From contig JBKHGE010000061.1 in assembly GCA_046539845.1 (NCBI GenBank), forward strand, positions 1 through 10,633: a stretch of DNA of 10,633 bases, in the 5' to 3' direction. The notes below the pieces were generated by a model, which worked only from the letters and a program-made list of their open reading frames with translations, was not told the DNA's origin and did no database searches. The position numbers and the translations under genes are program-made. Positions within the stretch are counted from its first letter, which is position 1; every line of letters begins with the position of its first letter. Positions 8,035 through 10,633 of the stretch are shown here, in pieces. This stretch comes from Desulfonatronovibrionaceae bacterium. Its GTDB lineage: Bacteria; Desulfobacterota; Desulfovibrionia; Desulfovibrionales; Desulfonatronovibrionaceae.

Positions 8035-10002
8035 CTATTCCTCGAGCTTGAACTCCTTGTCTTCATCTTCTTCTCCGGAATCGGCCTCCGGATCTTCACT
8101 TGATTCACCGGCACTATCCGAATCTTCCTCCGGTGCGCCACCCTCTCCGGGCTTGCCTTCGTCCTGCTTTTTAAGGCCGCCACCCGCACCATTAGGAGGA
8201 GGCGGGAGCTTTTCACCGCGCATAAGCAAATCCACTTCTGCATTGGTCAGGGTCTCGTGATCCAGCAGGGCCTCGGCAATGGAGTGCAGGACGGCCAGGT
8301 TGTCCTGCAGCAGTCCCCTGCCCCGGTCATAGGCCTCCTGGATAAGGCGCTTTACCTCGGAGTCCACCAGCCGGGCGGTCTCTTCGCTGTAGTCCTTGTG
8401 GTGGCCGAGTTCGCGACCCAAAAAGACCTGGTCATCATTTTCGCCCACGGCCAGCGGGCCCAGGCTCTCGCTCATCCCCCATTCGCAGACCATCTTGCGG
8501 GCCATCTTGGTCACCCTTTCGATATCGTTGCCCGCGCCGGTGGTCATCTGATTGAGGACCAGTTCCTCGGCGATCCGGCCGCCAAGCAGAACAGTCAGAG
8601 TCTTTTCCAGATAGTCCCGAGAATAGTTATGCCGGTCGTCCAGAGGGAGCTGCATGGTCACTCCCAGGGCCCGGCCCCGGGGGATGATAGACACCTTGTG
8701 CACCGGATCAGTACCCGGGAGGAGCTTGGCCACCAGGGTATGCCCGGCCTCATGATAGGCGGTGGTCTTTTTCTCCTCCTCGCTCAGGATGACCGATCTG
8801 CGTTCCTTGCCCATGAGCACCTTGTCCTTGGCCTCCTCGAAATCAGTCATGGAAACGTGTTCCTTGTTCTTCTTGGCCGCGAGCAATGCGGCCTCGTTGA
8901 CCAGGTTCTCCAGGTCTGCCCCGGAGAATCCGGGGGTGCCCCTGGCAATAACCGCCAAATCCACGTCCTGATGCAAAAAGGTCTTGTTGCTGTGCACCCG
9001 GAGAATCTTCTCCCTGCCACCGAGATCCGGATTGGGCACTGTTACCTGACGGTCAAAGCGTCCGGGCCGCAGCAGGGCCGGATCCAGGACATCCGGTCGG
9101 TTGGTGGCCGCGATCAAAATAACCCCTTCGTTGGACTCGAAACCGTCCATTTCCACCAAAAGCTGATTCAGGGTCTGCTCCCGTTCGTCGTGTCCGCCGC
9201 CCAGACCGGCGCCGCGTTGTCTGCCCACTGCATCCAGTTCATCAATGAAAATGAGGCAGGGGGCATTTTTCTTGCCCTGGATAAAAAGGTCCCTGACCCG
9301 GGAGGCGCCCACACCCACGAACATCTCCACGAAATCGGAGCCGGAGATGGAAAAGAAGGGTACACCAGCCTCGCCGGCCACAGCCCGGGCCATCAGGGTC
9401 TTGCCCGTGCCCGGTGGCCCCACCAAAAGGACACCCTTGGGGATCCTCCCGCCCAGGCGGGTGAACTTCTTGGGCTCGCTCAAGAACTCCACTATCTCGG
9501 TGAGTTCTTCCTTGGCCTCGTCCACTCCGGCCACGTCCTCAAAAGTTACCCGGGTAGATTCCTCGGAGAGCATCTTGGCCTTGGAACGGCCGAATGATAG
9601 TGCTTTGCCCCCGCCCCCGCCCCCCTGCATCTGGCGCATGAAGAATATCCACACCGCGATCAAGAGGATCATGGGGAACCAGGAAACGAAAATGGTCACA
9701 TACCACGGCGCCTCCTCCTTGGGCTGGGCCTCGACCTCCACCCCGTTCTGGATCAGTTTGTCCACCAAGTTGGGGTCGTCCGGGGCAAAAGAGGTAAACT
9801 GCTCATCGTCCACTGTGGTGCCGGTTATATCCTGACCCCGGATCTTGACAGAAACCACCTGGCCCTGCTCCACCTTGGACAAAAAAGTGGTATAGTTCAT
9901 CTTTTTCCGGGGACTCTGGGGCTGGTTGAACAGGTTGAACAAGACAACCATGACCAGGGAGATAGCCACCCATAAAAAAAGGTTCTTCGAAAAACTGTTC
10001 AA
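8035..10002 (-). CDS. ftsH: ATP-dependent zinc metalloprotease FtsH
   Basis: Two N-terminal TM segments, Walker A GPPGTGKT, pore loop MFVG, Walker [34 protein letters not shown] zinc motif; TTG start with GGAGGT 8 nt upstream. Confidence 0.98.
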   Translation of the reverse strand: MNSFSKNLFLWVAISLVMVVLFNLFNQPQSPRKKMNYTTFLSKVEQGQVVSVKIRGQDITGTTVDDEQFTSFAPDDPNLVDKLIQNGVEVEAQPKEEAPWYVTIFVSWFPMILLIAVWIFFMRQMQGGGGGGKALSFGRSKAKMLSEESTRVTFEDVAGVDEAKEELTEIVEFLSEPKKFTRLGGRIPKGVLLVGPPGTGKTLMARAVAGEAGVPFFSISGSDFVEMFVGVGASRVRDLFIQGKKNAPCLIFIDELDAVGRQRGAGLGGGHDEREQTLNQLLVEMDGFESNEGVILIAATNRPDVLDPALLRPGRFDRQVTVPNPDLGGREKILRVHSNKTFLHQDVDLAVIARGTPGFSGADLENLVNEAALLAAKKNKEHVSMTDFEEAKDKVLMGKERRSVILSEEEKKTTAYHEAGHTLVAKLLPGTDPVHKVSIIPRGRALGVTMQLPLDDRHNYSRDYLEKTLTVLLGGRIAEELVLNQMTTGAGNDIERVTKMARKMVCEWGMSESLGPLAVGENDDQVFLGRELGHHKDYSEETARLVDSEVKRLIQEAYDRGRGLLQDNLAVLHSIAEALLDHETLTNAEVDLLMRGEKLPPPPNGAGGGLKKQDEGKPGEGGAPEEDSDSAGESSEDPEADSGEEDEDKEFKLEE

Positions 10003-10154
10003 CTCGGAATACCTCCAAATATACGGCTCGCTGCGGCCCGGACTCCCGGATTCGGGGATCCGCTGCCTGGCAGGCGAACGCCTGTCTAATACATACTCTT
10101 TTCGACCCGGGTCCGGAAAAGGACTGCGGCCGACTCTAGCCTCACTTCCGGGTA

Positions 10155-10182
10155 ATTATAAACACAATTGCAGTCTTGGCAA
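10155..10182 (-). promoter_or_regulatory. Putative sigma70 promoter of the ftsH operon
   Basis: TTGCCA (10182-10177) - 16 nt - TATAAT (10160-10155) on the minus strand; implies a start site near 10148 and a leader of about 145 nt. Confidence 0.65.
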
Positions 10183-10455
10183 GCAGGGCTTAACTGACTG
10201 TTTTAAAAAACCCTTATATTGCAGTCCGTTTGCAAATTCAAAGGGACGGCGTGAAAAAAATCAAGGCCTAAGCGGGATTATCCGCACCCAATAATTTGGA
10301 TCTATCCCTGGTTTGCTGCCCCCGGGAGATTTAAGGACGGGCTGTCAACCTCCATACCGGCGAAAACCAGCCTTACATTCAATCTCCGAATCGAAGACTT
10401 GATACCTCTGCATCCGCAATTGTTGAGTTGGCAAACAAAAACCGCCCAGCAGAGG

Positions 10456-10492
10456 GGGCTGCTTGGAAAGCACGGCTAGCAGCCCAATTTTT
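10456..10492 (+). terminator. Terminator-like hairpin upstream of selC
   Basis: GGGCTGCT (10456-10463) / AGCAGCCC (10478-10485), an 8-bp perfect stem with a 14-nt loop, followed by AATTTTT. No identified upstream transcript. Confidence 0.3.
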
Positions 10493-10538
10493 GTCTTGAT
10501 ATCATCTCCAAATATGGATAAATGATGAGCCCGGATGC

Positions 10539-10632
10539 GGAAGCGTTTCGTCACCGGTGTGGCGCCTGGACTTCAAATCCAGTGGGCGGCCGAGAGGTCG
10601 CCGGTAGGTTCGACTCCTATACGCTTCCGCCA
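10539..10632 (+). tRNA. selC: tRNA-Sec (anticodon UCA), 94 nt
   Basis: 8-bp acceptor stem GGAAGCGT/ACGCTTCC, discriminator G and encoded CCA; 6-bp D stem CGTCAC/GTGGCG with 4-nt loop; anticodon stem CTGGA/TCCAG with loop CT-TCA-AA; long variable arm GGCGGCC-GAGA-GGTCGCC; 5-bp T stem GTAGG/CCTAT with TTCGACT loop. This is the canonical bacterial 8/5 Sec fold. Confidence 0.97.
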
Positions 10633-10633
10633 C

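Noticed and set aside
8257..9597. 446-aa plus-strand ORF, and similar long antisense ORFs at 202-852, 3840-4628, 4986-5921, 5970-6665 and 7194-8051
   Set aside because: They lie antisense to well-supported genes, have no recognisable motifs, and are expected shadows of GC-rich codon usage.
10130..10150. CIRCE/HrcA operator or sigma32 promoter upstream of ftsH
   Set aside because: Only a partial half-site-like CTAGCCTC is present, with no matching second arm at 9 nt, and no CCCCAT-type -10 was found.
10230..10290. Fragments resembling a c-di-GMP-I riboswitch (GCAAA, GGGACG, GGCCTAA plus hairpin)
   Set aside because: The GNRA-capped P2 stem, the GCAAA after GGGAC and the 3' half of the tetraloop receptor and P1 are missing, and there is no downstream CDS on that strand.
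10496..10524. selC promoter TTGATA-N17-TAAATG
   Set aside because: The position is plausible, but the -10 lacks the conserved final T, so it is too weak to call. The isolated minus-strand TTGACA at 10343-10348 likewise has no -10.
10345..10554. 69-aa minus-strand ORF, and the plus-strand ORF 9926-10294
   Set aside because: The first starts inside tRNA-Sec and its internal ATG has no SD. The second overlaps the ftsH start and promoter on the opposite strand. Neither has protein-like features.
10539..10632. Non-canonical allo-tRNA or selC*-type tRNA
   Set aside because: The fold is the standard 8/5 acceptor/T arrangement with UCA anticodon and G73, i.e. an ordinary tRNA-Sec.

Overview
This is a GC-rich core-genome window, most likely from a sulfate-reducing Desulfobacterota (Desulfovibrionales-like; inferred from gene order and protein style). 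A co-oriented minus-strand cluster reads ftsH - folP - glmM - galU - secreted LolA-like protein - priA - asnS. A canonical 8/5 selenocysteine tRNA (selC, anticodon UCA) lies divergently on the plus strand and ends 1 nt before the window edge. I see no mobile element, CRISPR array, defence system or clearly new multi-gene system. The best leads are small. (1) The folP-glmM junction lacks the cdaA-cdaR c-di-AMP module usually found there and instead carries a near-consensus promoter plus an SD-led 28-codon ORF. (2) An uncharacterised LolA-fold secreted protein is translationally coupled to galU. (3) ftsH has a long structured leader. (4) The window stops at the selC 3' end, a known integration hotspot.
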